A stretch of 64,000 bases of DNA from an uncultured Actinomycetes bacterium (GCA_963724995.1 CAVRXC010000009.1:1277-65276), one strand, 5' to 3'. Positions 11,628 to 21,257 are shown, counted from the first letter of the stretch. The notes: a model not told the origin generated them from the letters alone. Program-made: numbers and translations.

Positions 11628-12334
11628 GATGCGGGCACCGGCGGCAGGTCGGCCTCGGATTCCGCACCGTTCCGGTCGACGCGCTGCAATCGCCCGGCGC
11701 TGAGCCGCCGCAGGTCGGTCACGAGCGGCTCGTCGGGCTCGAGCGAGACCCACAGTGCGGCGCCGCCCCGGCCGGCGAGCCGGTCCAGCGCCCCGGCGAG
11801 AAGCGAAACGCCCGTCTCGTCGAGGCTCGTCCTGGGCTCGTCCAGGAATACGATCAGCGGCTCGTGGAGGAACGTCGCGGCGAGCCGGACGCGCTGGCGC
11901 TGGCCCATCGAGAGCCGTTCGACCCGGCGCTGCGCGAGTTCGTCGAGGTCGAACTCGGACAGCACCTCGGAGATCCGGCGCGCGCGATGCCGGCGCGACA
12001 GCCCGGCGAGGCCGCTGCAGAAGGAAAGGTTCTGACGGACCGTGAGCCGCGCGTAGAGGCCACGGTCTCCGGCTGACAGGAGCCCGATCGCCCGTTGATA
12101 GGAGGCCCGCTCGCGCTCGATGTCGGCGCCGCGGAACCGCACGGAGCCGCGCTCGGGGATGACCATCCCGCAAGCGATGCGCAGCAGCGTCGTCTTACCT
12201 GCGCCGTTGTCCCCGACCACTCCGGTCACCGTGCCGGGGCTGATGTCGAGGTCGACGTCGTCCAGAACGAGGTTGTCGCCCCATTGTTTGGTGACCCCCT
12301 CCAGGCGGACGCCCTCGACGTCCGAGTGACTCAC
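11624..12334 (-). CDS. ABC transporter ATP-binding protein
   Basis: GDNGAGKT, LSMGQRQR, VFLDEP. Confidence 0.9.
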   Translation of the reverse strand: MSHSDVEGVRLEGVTKQWGDNLVLDDVDLDISPGTVTGVVGDNGAGKTTLLRIACGMVIPERGSVRFRGADIERERASYQRAIGLLSAGDRGLYARLTVRQNLSFCSGLAGLSRRHRARRISEVLSEFDLDELAQRRVERLSMGQRQRVRLAATFLHEPLIVFLDEPRTSLDETGVSLLAGALDRLAGRGGAALWVSLEPDEPLVTDLRRLSAGRLQRVDRNGAESEADLPPVPAS

Positions 12335-12654
12335 GCTACGTCTCCAGGAGACGGCCGCCCGCCATCTCGCTCGGAGGCAGGAGCGGTACTCCTCCGCACT
12401 CGATCGAAGCGTGAGCTTCGAATTCGGGCTCTGGTTTGGCGCCGATCACAAAGGTCGTCCGAATCCCTCGTCGCGCGAGCAAGCGTCACAGTACAGCGTG
12501 CTCACAGCCCGTGGCAGGCCAGCGGAAATCCGGCTCGTCTCCGCAATCTCGTTGTACGGGACCCGCACAACGCTGACATCGAAACGACACGAGGCATCTC
12601 CTCCGACTTGGCTCGAGAGCCGCCGAGGGAGAGATCGAATCTAGGCTGACGCGT

Positions 12655-13790
12655 GTGAACGCCCCGCAACGCGACGACAGCGGCTCTTCGGCGGCCTCCG
12701 TCCGGCCGCGCGTCGCGATCGTTCACGACTACCTCACCCAGCGCGGCGGCGCGGAGCGCGCCGTGCTCTCGCTGTGCCGAGCGTTCCCCGACGCGCCGGT
12801 GTACACGTCGTTCTACGACTCTGACTCGACGTTCTGCCGCGTTTCGCGAGCATGACGTGCGCACGCTGCTGGCTCGACCGTCTCGGCCCACTTCGCCGGC
12901 GGCACCGACTGCACTGCCGCTTCTGCCGCTCGCGTTCAGAACCTCGCGGGTCGACGCGGACGTCGTCGTCTGCAGCTCGAGCGGCTGGGCGCACGGCATT
13001 CAGGACCGACGGTCGGAAGGTCGTGTACTGCTACTCGCCGGCGAAGTGGCTGTACCGCCGGGACGGACTATCTCGGCGCCCACCCGTCGTGCGCCGTCGC
13101 GTCGGCCTCCGTGCGCTCGACCCGCTCTTGCGGCGCTTCGATCAGCGGGCGGCCGCCGCGCGCCGACACCTACCTCGCGAATCTCGACCTTCATCGCGTC
13201 GCAGATACGCGACGTGTACGGGATCGAGGCCGAGGTCGTCTTGCCCGCCAGTCGGTCTGAGGCTGACAGGTCCATCGCCGAGCCTGTCCCAGGCGTCGAC
13301 GCCGGTTTCTTCCTGACCGTCTCTCGTCTGCTGCCGTACAAGAACGTCGCGCAGATCGTCGACGCGTTTCGCCTGCTGCCCGACCGACGGCTCGTCGTCG
13401 TCGGCGACGGGCCAGAACGGCGCACGGCTGGGAACCGATCGCTCCGCCAACGTGCGCTTCGTCGACCAGGTGAACGACGCGGAGCTGCGGTGGCTGTATG
13501 CCAACTGCGCAGGGCTGATGGCCGCCTCGCGGGAGGATTTCGGCCTCACCCCGGTCGAGGCCGCGGGCTTCGGCAAGCCCGCCGCCACTCTTCGGTGGGG
13601 CGGATTCCTCGACACGGTCGTGCCGGACGTGACAGGCGTCTTCTTCGACTCACCGGAACCCAGGGCGATCGCCACCGCGATCGAGCGTCTCGCCACGCAT
13701 CAGTGGGACGCGAACACAATCCGTTTCCATGCCGCTTCGTTCTCCGAAGAGCGCTTCATCGAGCGGATCCGGGCGATCGCCCTTGCCTAG
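12655..13790 (+). CDS. Glycosyltransferase family 4, multiple frameshifts
   Basis: VAIVHDYLTQRGGAER, VSRLLPYKN, EDFGLTPVEA across ORFs 12655, 12852, 12857 and 13452. Confidence 0.85.
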
Positions 13791-13865
13791 TGATCGGTCG
13801 TCGACCTTCACGGCATCCGCGCTGGTCGGGAGCGGTCGGTGGCTACGGATCGTTGCGAGCGGTCG

Positions 13866-16361
13866 TCACGACCCGGTCAGCCCGAGGATCGCGGCGACTG
13901 TCTCGTCGACGCGGTCGAGCCGCTGGACGTACGAGAGCCGGAAGGTCGGCACGCGGCGCGCAAGCTCGAGATACGTGGTGACGAGAGCCCTCTTGCCCTC
14001 CTCGAACGCGTGCGCGTACGCGTACGGCACGAGCGCGGTGAAGGCGTCCGCAGGCGAGAGCTGATCGAAAGCCGGCAGCCCGGGCAGCTCGTGTTCGTGC
14101 GGGTCGAGGAGGATCAGCGCCGCAAGTGGACGCGGCTCCATTCCCGCGTCGTGCGTCGCGTCGAGCTTCGGCGGCGGACGAAGAGAGGTCGTGCAAACTC
14201 CGCCGGGGCCGACCGTCACGGGCAGCGCGTCGTCGGCCGCAATCTCGAGCCCGTGCCGGGCCAGCGACGCGGCCAAGGTCGACTTGCCCGAGCCCGAGGC
14301 TCCGAAGAGCGCGACCACGAGCCCGTCGGTGACGACTGCGCTGGCACGCAGCACCTCGGTGCCGCGAGCCTGCACCACGAGGGGCAACACGGAGCGCAGC
14401 CACGTGTCGTCCACGGCGTCGTCTCGCGTGCCTTCCGGCACGGCGACCACCTCACCGCTCGTTCCGAACCGGAACGTCGCCACTCCCGGTACGGAGATCC
14501 ACTCCCAGCCGTCAGCCTGATAGCCGAAGAGCTCCTGACCGGTGTGCGTCTCCCAGCGAACCACCGGGCCGTCCGTCGTGCGGACGGACGGAACGTCCAG
14601 CTGGCCGATCGCCAACGCCGGGACATCAAGGCCAGGCCCGGTGAAGGCGCGCGTGATCGGCGTCCCGTCGATGGTGGGTGGCGTACTCCCGTGGTCGCGC
14701 GCGCGAGACGGCCTGCGGGCTGAGGCGATCCTGACATCGCCCGCATGGCGCACCGCCGGCTGCTGCCAGGCGCGCCTGTCCTCGACGATGGGGCTCGGTG
14801 ACTCGACTGAGGGCTCCTCGACCAACACCACGTCGTCCTCCTCGACGAGCACCACGCGATCGTCACGAGTCGGCGCCACATGGTCTTCTCCACTCAGCAC
14901 CGCTTCGAGCCACTGCTCCATGGCGAGCACGAGCCACTCGACGGTCACGCTGATGTCGGAGTCGGTGACGTTCGGCTGCGTGATGCCGAGCCCTTCCAGG
15001 ATCGGCGTCCCCCGGAGGGTCGCCTCCAGGTCACGCCGCTGCAGGCGCAACAACTCCTCGGGGATGTCCGTGGCGACGGGAGGACGTGCCCAGTGGAAGG
15101 AGAGGTCGGGTGGGAGTGGGACACGCAGGTACGTACGCAAGGGGCTCGTCGGCTCGCCGCCACGGTCGGGCTCCTCGTCGGCCAGCCCGCGCACGAGTGC
15201 GACGACGTCCGCGTCGAGAAACGGATGCGCAAGCCGATAGCCGCCCTCCGCCCCCGCCAGGAACGACGCCTCGATACCCGCGGCCATGAAGGGGTCGAGG
15301 AGGTCGTCGGCGGCGGCAGACGCCGCTCGCTCCTCGAGCTCGACGCGCAACTCCGGGTCGGCGATCCAGCGCGGCAACGACTCTCGTGGGCCGGTCACGT
15401 CGCCAAGCGCGCGGAGACGACGCCGGCGCAGCAGCCGCGCCGGTGGCTCGAGCCCCGGATCGAGGACCGCGTCTCCGCCCAAGCCGTCGAGGAGGACCGA
15501 GTGCCCACGCGTGAGCGCGTCGTCGACCAGGTCGACGCCTACCTGCCACCAGGCCGCCTGTGCCGGCCACACTGCAGTACGCGCGAGCTCGAGTGCGCGC
15601 ACCGGCGACGCCGGCTCGGGCGTGAACTGGCGCTCGACGCGCCCGAGCCCGAGCCGGTCGCTCACGAGGCGCTGCATCCTGACCTCGGTAGGGCTGGCGA
15701 TGTCGGCACACAGCGCCAGCGGTGACGCGTATCCCTGCTCCCGCGAGATCGTGACCGCCGCTACAGCCACCGCCGCGGAGTCGATGCCACCCGAGAGAAA
15801 GACTGCGGCGGGCGTGTCGAGCGTCTTCCGCACGGCTGCCTCGAGGACGTCTCCGAGCCCATCCGCCGCAGCGGCGTCGTGCGTGCCGGGAGTGGGGGGC
15901 GCCCAGCGGCGCGCAGACGTCTCCCCGGCCTGCTCGACCGTCAGCACATGCCCCGCGGGCACCCGGCGCACCGCCTGTAGCAGCGTCTCGTCCGGCGGGC
16001 CGGACCGTTCGAGAAGCCACTCGGCGACCGCCGCGGCGTTCGGCGTACGCGACACGCCCGGCTCACGCAGCAGCGCGCGCAGGTCGGTCGAGGCTACGAG
16101 CGTCGCTCCCACCCACGCGTGGAAGAGCGGGTGGAGACCTGTTCGGTCGCGCACGAGGCGCAACGTTCGCGAGTCGGCGTTCCACACTGCGGTTGCCGTG
16201 GCGGTCGAAGGAGGCTCTGCGACATCGGCTCCGGGCTCGAGCCGCGCACCGGCGCTCACGACTGTGGCTCCGTCGATCTGCGCCTCGACGGCACCGGAGC
16301 CGATCTCGAGCTCGAAGTGCCCTTCGCCCGGATCGCAGCGTAGGAGCCAGCCGTACAGCAC
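13866..16361 (-). CDS. Fused ORF: Asn-synthetase-like lasso cyclase + leader-like linker + HPr-kinase-like domain
   Basis: GTG 1 nt after the PqqD stop; RDRTGLHPLF, FLSGGIDS, DGLGGD, HPFLD; then WQQPAVRHAGDV; then LRASAV, GASGSGKS, ADD, all in one frame. Confidence 0.75.
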   Translation of the reverse strand: MLYGWLLRCDPGEGHFELEIGSGAVEAQIDGATVVSAGARLEPGADVAEPPSTATATAVWNADSRTLRLVRDRTGLHPLFHAWVGATLVASTDLRALLREPGVSRTPNAAAVAEWLLERSGPPDETLLQAVRRVPAGHVLTVEQAGETSARRWAPPTPGTHDAAAADGLGDVLEAAVRKTLDTPAAVFLSGGIDSAAVAVAAVTISREQGYASPLALCADIASPTEVRMQRLVSDRLGLGRVERQFTPEPASPVRALELARTAVWPAQAAWWQVGVDLVDDALTRGHSVLLDGLGGDAVLDPGLEPPARLLRRRRLRALGDVTGPRESLPRWIADPELRVELEERAASAAADDLLDPFMAAGIEASFLAGAEGGYRLAHPFLDADVVALVRGLADEEPDRGGEPTSPLRTYLRVPLPPDLSFHWARPPVATDIPEELLRLQRRDLEATLRGTPILEGLGITQPNVTDSDISVTVEWLVLAMEQWLEAVLSGEDHVAPTRDDRVVLVEEDDVVLVEEPSVESPSPIVEDRRAWQQPAVRHAGDVRIASARRPSRARDHGSTPPTIDGTPITRAFTGPGLDVPALAIGQLDVPSVRTTDGPVVRWETHTGQELFGYQADGWEWISVPGVATFRFGTSGEVVAVPEGTRDDAVDDTWLRSVLPLVVQARGTEVLRASAVVTDGLVVALFGASGSGKSTLAASLARHGLEIAADDALPVTVGPGGVCTTSLRPPPKLDATHDAGMEPRPLAALILLDPHEHELPGLPAFDQLSPADAFTALVPYAYAHAFEEGKRALVTTYLELARRVPTFRLSYVQRLDRVDETVAAILGLTGS

Positions 16362-16362
16362 G

Positions 16363-16629
16363 TCAGACCGGCTCGACCAGGCCCGCCACCGCGAGGTCGG
16401 CGAGCAGTCGCTGGATGTCGCCGTCGAGCAGTTCCGGCGCGACGTCGAACTCGGCCACCATCGTCGCCTTGATCTCGTCCCTCGAGCCACCCGCCGCGAG
16501 CAGCTCCCAGAACCGCGCCGCCGACTCGTTCAACACGTAGATCTGGTTCGTCTTCAGGTGCACCAGCACGAGCTCGTCTCCGGTCCGCTCATGCACCACA
16601 TGGTCGCCGACGGTCGGGAGGGCGGTCAT
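16363..16629 (-). CDS. Second PqqD-family RRE
   Basis: ELVLVHLKTNQIYVLNESAARFWELL...LAVAGLVE. Confidence 0.88.
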   Translation of the reverse strand: MTALPTVGDHVVHERTGDELVLVHLKTNQIYVLNESAARFWELLAAGGSRDEIKATMVAEFDVAPELLDGDIQRLLADLAVAGLVEPV

Positions 16630-16698
16630 GGCCAGATCAAGACCTGGGGACGGACGCAGCGCACGACGTGAGCACGCGGTCGCGGTTGACGGGCCCGG

Positions 16699-17634
16699 CT
16701 ACCGGCCCGCGTCGTTTGGGGCGGGATGCCGCCGCGCGTGCGGGTGCGCGGCGAAGTACGTCTCCCGCCGGCGCTTGTCCGAGACGTGCGTGTAACGCTC
16801 GGTCGTCGAGAGGTCGGCGTGGCCCAGCATCTCCTGGACGCTGCGCAGGTCGGCGCCGCCCTCGAGGAGATGCGTGGCGAACGAGTGACGCAGCAGGTGC
16901 GGGTGCACGCGCTCGGGCTCGAGCCCGGCCTTCTCTGCGAGCCGTCTCAGGAGCAGGAACGCCCCTGCCCGGGTGAGGGCGCCGCCGCGCGCGTTGAGGA
17001 ACAGGTCGGGCCGGTGGCGCCGGTCGAGGTGCGGCCGCCCGAGCGCGAGGTAGCGCCGCACAGCTTCGGCCGCGGGCCGGCCGAGCGGGACGATGCGCTC
17101 CTTGCCGCCCTTGCCCAGCACGCGGACGATCCGCTCGTCGAGGTCGACGGACGCCTTCTGCAAACCGAGCGCCTCCGAGACGCGCAGGCCGGCGCCGTAG
17201 AGCAGCTCGACGAGCGCGCGGTCGCGCATCGTGCGCGGCATCGTCCCGTTCGCCGCCTCGATCAGCCGCTCGGTCTCGCCCGGGGAGAGCGTGCGCGGCA
17301 GCGACCGCGGGCGCCGCGGCGGCTTGATCGCCGCGGCCGGGTTGTCGGCGCGGGCTCCGAGCAGCACCTGGTGGCGGAAGAACGAGCGCACTGCCGCAAG
17401 ACGCCGTGAGATGGTCGACGCCGCCAGCCCATCCGCCCGCATCGAGGCGAGCCAGCGCTCGAGCTCGTCGGTCGTGACGTCAGAGACCGGCGACTCGAGG
17501 AAGGCCGCCAGCGCCGAGAGGTCACGTCGGTAGGCGTCGACGGTGCGCGGGGAGCGCTGCGCGGCGATGAGCAGGAGGAAGCCCTCGACGTCCTGGTCGG
17601 CGGTCTCGGGCACGGCAGATGGATTCGCGGTCAC
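16699..17634 (-). CDS. xerD: Tyrosine recombinase XerD-like
   Basis: [69 protein letters not shown]. Confidence 0.85.
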   Translation of the reverse strand: MTANPSAVPETADQDVEGFLLLIAAQRSPRTVDAYRRDLSALAAFLESPVSDVTTDELERWLASMRADGLAASTISRRLAAVRSFFRHQVLLGARADNPAAAIKPPRRPRSLPRTLSPGETERLIEAANGTMPRTMRDRALVELLYGAGLRVSEALGLQKASVDLDERIVRVLGKGGKERIVPLGRPAAEAVRRYLALGRPHLDRRHRPDLFLNARGGALTRAGAFLLLRRLAEKAGLEPERVHPHLLRHSFATHLLEGGADLRSVQEMLGHADLSTTERYTHVSDKRRRETYFAAHPHARRHPAPNDAGR

Positions 17635-17639
17635 CTGCA

Positions 17640-18338
17640 CTAGCCCTGCGTGCTCGTTGGCTCTCGCATTCGCCGCAGAACAAGGGTCGACGCGACGGCG
17701 AGCACGAGAGCCAGGACGACCGTGATCCCGGCGATCCACGCGGCCACGCCGACCCAGAACTCGTCCGGGTACAGGCGCAACAGCGTGTCGGTGCGTGAGA
17801 ACTGCCAGGTGTCCCCCTCGAAGAAGATCTCGTGGAAGCGCACGAAGAAGCCGTCCCAGGCGAACAGCATCACGGCGCCGAGCAGCGCGGCGACCCCCAG
17901 GGTCGCGCCCGAGCCGATCTGCACACCTCGGGGGACGGCGCGGCGGGTCGCCGGTCGCCAGGCGAGCGCCAGCAGCAGCACCAGCACGACGAGCAGAGCC
18001 ACCAGCTGCACCGTGAAGGCGAGCCCGACGGCGTCGCGCACGTCCTGCATGTGCTCAAGCTCGCGAGGGCCGAAGGCTGCCTCGCCGTCCGGTAGGCGCG
18101 CCTCCTCGAGCAGTGCGATACCGCGACCACCGGGCCGTATCGAGTCGAGACCAAGGCGCGCCAGCTCTCCACGCTGGTCACGCGTCAGGCCGTAGCGGTC
18201 GGCGGGCACGCCGCCGTGGTCGTACTCGAACGAGACGATCCAGTCGTTCGCGACGATGCGAAGCGCGGTCGTGACGAGCAGGAGCGGCACGAGCACCGCG
18301 ACGACGACCGTGACGACGGTGAGGGCAGCCCTGCGCAT
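17640..18338 (-). CDS. TIGR01906/DUF1461-like membrane protein
   Basis: HMQDVR, FHEIFFEGDTWQF and LLRLYPDEFW motifs with four TM segments. Confidence 0.75.
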   Translation of the reverse strand: MRRAALTVVTVVVAVLVPLLLVTTALRIVANDWIVSFEYDHGGVPADRYGLTRDQRGELARLGLDSIRPGGRGIALLEEARLPDGEAAFGPRELEHMQDVRDAVGLAFTVQLVALLVVLVLLLALAWRPATRRAVPRGVQIGSGATLGVAALLGAVMLFAWDGFFVRFHEIFFEGDTWQFSRTDTLLRLYPDEFWVGVAAWIAGITVVLALVLAVASTLVLRRMREPTSTQG

Positions 18339-18360
18339 GCCAGGCGAGATATAGCTGGCC

Positions 18361-19200
18361 CTACGATCGCGGGTGCGCGCGGTCGTACACGCGCCGCAGG
18401 CGCTTTGAGTCGACATGGCTGTAGATCTGCGTCGTCGACAACGAGCTGTGGCCGAGCAGCTCCTGGATCGTGCGCAGGTCGGCGCCTCCCTCGAGCAGAT
18501 GGGTGGCGTAGGCGTGGCGCAGCCGGTGCGGGTTCCGGACGAGCCGCCGTAACGTGCTCGTGTCGAGGCGGCGCCCGCGCACCGAGAGGAAGACCGCGTC
18601 GCAGGCACCTCTTGCCAGAGTCGGCCTTGCGTCGCGCAGGTAGACGGCCACGTCACGGGCGGCCTGCTCGCCGAGTGGCACCACCCGCTCCTTTCCACCC
18701 TTGCCGCGGACATGTACCGCCTCTTGCTCGAAGTCCACGTCGACGAGATCGAGACCGACCGCTTCGGCGGCACGCAACCCGCACGAGTAGACGAGCTCGA
18801 GCAGGGCGCGGTTCCGGATGGCCAGCGTCCCGTCGCCGCTCACGCCGTCGACGAGCTCCTCGACCTCGGCCACCTTCGGCGCTTCGGGAAGCCGTCGTGG
18901 CCGTCGCGGTGACAGCGCCGCCTCGGGGACACGGTCGGGGCCAAGCGTGGCGCCCAGGAACGAGCGCACCGCCGCCAGCCGGCGCGCGATGGTCGCAGGC
19001 GCCAGCCCGCGCCGGCCGCGGCCGAGCTCCGACGTGTACGCCGCGAGTGCGCGCGTGTCGACCTCCTCGAAGCTCAGCGAGCGCGAGTCGAGCCATCGCG
19101 TGAAGTCACGCAGGTCCGAGCGGTAGGCCCGGCGCGTGGCGTCGCTCAGCCTCGGCCCGGTGAGGAAGCGCTCGATTGCGCCGCTCGCAGTCACAGCCAC
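18361..19200 (-). CDS. xerC: Tyrosine recombinase XerC-like
   Basis: [59 protein letters not shown]; the C versus D assignment is tentative. Confidence 0.75.
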   Translation of the reverse strand: MAVTASGAIERFLTGPRLSDATRRAYRSDLRDFTRWLDSRSLSFEEVDTRALAAYTSELGRGRRGLAPATIARRLAAVRSFLGATLGPDRVPEAALSPRRPRRLPEAPKVAEVEELVDGVSGDGTLAIRNRALLELVYSCGLRAAEAVGLDLVDVDFEQEAVHVRGKGGKERVVPLGEQAARDVAVYLRDARPTLARGACDAVFLSVRGRRLDTSTLRRLVRNPHRLRHAYATHLLEGGADLRTIQELLGHSSLSTTQIYSHVDSKRLRRVYDRAHPRS

Positions 19201-19249
19201 GGGTTCGCGCTCCCGGTACCGGCGTCCTGCTCCGACGAGGGGGCGAGGA

Positions 19250-19336
19250 GGGGACAGTCCCCTGCGGGGACAGTCCCCTTGTGCCCGTGCGGGGACAGTC
19301 GCCCTGCGGGGACAGTCCCCTGCGGGGACAGTCCCC
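19250..19336. repeat. Cluster of five GGGGACAGTCCCC palindromic (REP-like) units
   Basis: Copies at about 19250, 19266, 19291 (one extra base), 19308 and 19324; intergenic between divergent genes. Confidence 0.85.
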
Positions 19337-19355
19337 TCGTGGGCACCATGCGCGG

Positions 19356-19946
19356 ATGCGGCTCGTCATCGTGCTCGCCTTCGTTGCCGTCGCCGTCGCG
19401 GCCGCGGCGGTCGTCGTCCGGCGTGGCGACGACACGCCCGCGAAGCGCACGGGCTCGTTGACGATGGTCGGGGACTCGCTGAACGTCGGCGTGGAGCCGT
19501 ATCTCGAGGAGCAGCTCGCGGGCTGGCGCATCGAGATGGACGACGAGGTCGGTCGCGGCAGCGACGCCGGGATCGCGGCACTCGCCGGCATCGGCTCCGA
19601 GCTCGGGTCGGTGGTGGTCGTCAGCCTCGGCACGAACGATCCGCAGGAGGACCCGGACGCATTTCGCGCGGACGTGCGCGAGCTTCTCTCGCTCGCCGGC
19701 TCGGGTCGCTGCGTGGTGTGGGCCACCATCTGGCGGGACGGGGCCAACGCAGCCTTCAACGAGGTGCTCGCCGACGAGGCCGGCGCAAACCGCGCGCTGC
19801 AGCTCGTCAAATGGCACGAGATGGTGGAGGAGCACCCCGAGTGGCTCATCGGCGACGGCGTCCACGGCTCTCCGGAGGGGTACGCCGCGCGCGCCGAGGA
19901 GACCGCCCGCGTGGCCCGAGACTGCCTGCCGGCGGCGTCTCGATGA
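19356..19946 (+). CDS. Secreted SGNH/GDSL hydrolase
   Basis: Signal-like N-terminus; GDSL, LGTND and DGVH blocks. Confidence 0.8.
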   Translation: MRLVIVLAFVAVAVAAAAVVVRRGDDTPAKRTGSLTMVGDSLNVGVEPYLEEQLAGWRIEMDDEVGRGSDAGIAALAGIGSELGSVVVVSLGTNDPQEDPDAFRADVRELLSLAGSGRCVVWATIWRDGANAAFNEVLADEAGANRALQLVKWHEMVEEHPEWLIGDGVHGSPEGYAARAEETARVARDCLPAASR

Positions 19947-20624
19947 GCTTGCGCGTCGTCCCGCTCCCGACCGGCGCAGACGCCCGGCTGCGAAACGAGG
20001 GGTCGCGGCTCGCGGTCGTGCTCGTCAACGGCGGCACGGCGCGGGCCGTGCCCGGCACCTGGAGCGCGACGAGCGAGCTGCTCGCCGACGAGCTCGCGCC
20101 GCGCGCACCCGGCGTGACGCTCATCGAGGTTCGCTACCGGATCAAGACGTGGAACGAGCTGCCGTCCTGCGTCGCGGACGCGCGGGCGGCGCTCGACCTC
20201 GCTGTCGAACAGGGCGCGGCCTCTGCATTGCTGATCGGCTTTTCGATGGGCGGCGCCGTGTCGATCGCCGCCGCAGACCACGAGGCGGTCGCAGCTCTGC
20301 TGGGCCTCGCCCCGTGGATACCCGGAGCGCCTGCCGGTCGACACCGTGCGCGGCAAGCGGTTCGACGTGGTGCACGGCGCCTGGGATCGCCACCTTCCGG
20401 GCATCCCGGGCGTCAGCGCGCAGCACTCACGCGCCGGATTCGAGCGTGCGCTCGCCGCGGGTGCAACCGGTACCTACCAGCTGATCCGACGCGGTCTGCA
20501 CGGGTGCGCGGTACGCGGCCCGTCCGGGAAGCTCGTCCGCCTGCCGCGCTGGCGATCGTGGGTAGCGCATACCGCCGCCGCGGTCGAGCGCTACGCGAGC
20601 TCCGAGAGCCGGGGGGCGTCCTGA
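19943..20624 (+). CDS. Alpha/beta hydrolase, frameshifted
   Basis: GFSMGG nucleophile elbow; VVHGAWD in ORF 20346. Confidence 0.7.
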
Positions 20625-21199
20625 ACCTCTACGAGCTCGCCTTTCCGTGGCTCCCCGGCGTGTTCCGCGCCGCCTACCGCATGGAGGTTGTCGGGGGAGA
20701 GCTCGTGCCGCGGCGCGGAGGGCTGGTTGTCGTCGCGAACCACCTGTCCGCGCTCGATCCGTTCGTCCTCGGCGCTGCGGTGCCGCGACCGCTGCGCTTC
20801 ATGTCGAAGGAGGAGCTGTGGCGCTGGCGCCCGGTGGGGTGGGGGGTCGAGGCGATGGGCGGGTTTCCGGTGGGCCGCGGCCGGGGCGACCGCTCCGCGA
20901 TCGACACCGGCGTCCGCCTCGTCGAGGAGGGGGAAGCCGTCGCGATCTTTCCCGGTGGCACGGTGCGCTACGACGGCCCGTGGTTTCGCGGCGCCGCGAA
21001 GATCGCGCTGCATGCCGGCGTGCCGGTCCTCCCCGTGCGGCTGTTCGACTCCGATCGCGCCCTGGCGGGACGGCGCGTCCGCTTCCCACCGCTGCACGTC
21101 GCCATCGGCGCGCCGATCCCGGTCGAGCGCGCGAGGCCGACGATCGCGTCTGCGCGCGAGCTGACCGAGCGGATGCGCGACGCGGTCGAGGCCCTCTAG
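20621..21199 (+). CDS. plsC: 1-acyl-sn-glycerol-3-phosphate acyltransferase (PlsC-like)
   Basis: NHLSALD, FMSKEEL, FPVGR and IFPGGT motifs; probable CTG start overlapping the upstream TGA. Confidence 0.8.
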   Translation: MNLYELAFPWLPGVFRAAYRMEVVGGELVPRRGGLVVVANHLSALDPFVLGAAVPRPLRFMSKEELWRWRPVGWGVEAMGGFPVGRGRGDRSAIDTGVRLVEEGEAVAIFPGGTVRYDGPWFRGAAKIALHAGVPVLPVRLFDSDRALAGRRVRFPPLHVAIGAPIPVERARPTIASARELTERMRDAVEAL

Positions 21200-21257
21200 C
21201 CCGGCAGGACGCGCCTCGATCGGGCATCTTGCCGGGGTCGGCGAGAGGGGGTATCCT

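Noticed and set aside
12335-12654. Additional lasso precursor in intergenic gaps of the RiPP locus
   Set aside because: No short ORF with an RBS and a YxxP...G...T leader pattern was found by eye here or at 6635-6747 and 16630-16698
16699-19200. Two tyrosine recombinases as prophage or ICE integrases
   Set aside because: Motifs are XerC/XerD-like, and no phage, conjugation or att features were seen nearby
19136-21199. 687-aa ORF as an SGNH-hydrolase-acyltransferase fusion
   Set aside because: Its N-terminal part is a shadow frame over the repeats and the SGNH gene; an indel joins the hydrolase to plsC, and separate overlapping starts and stops exist
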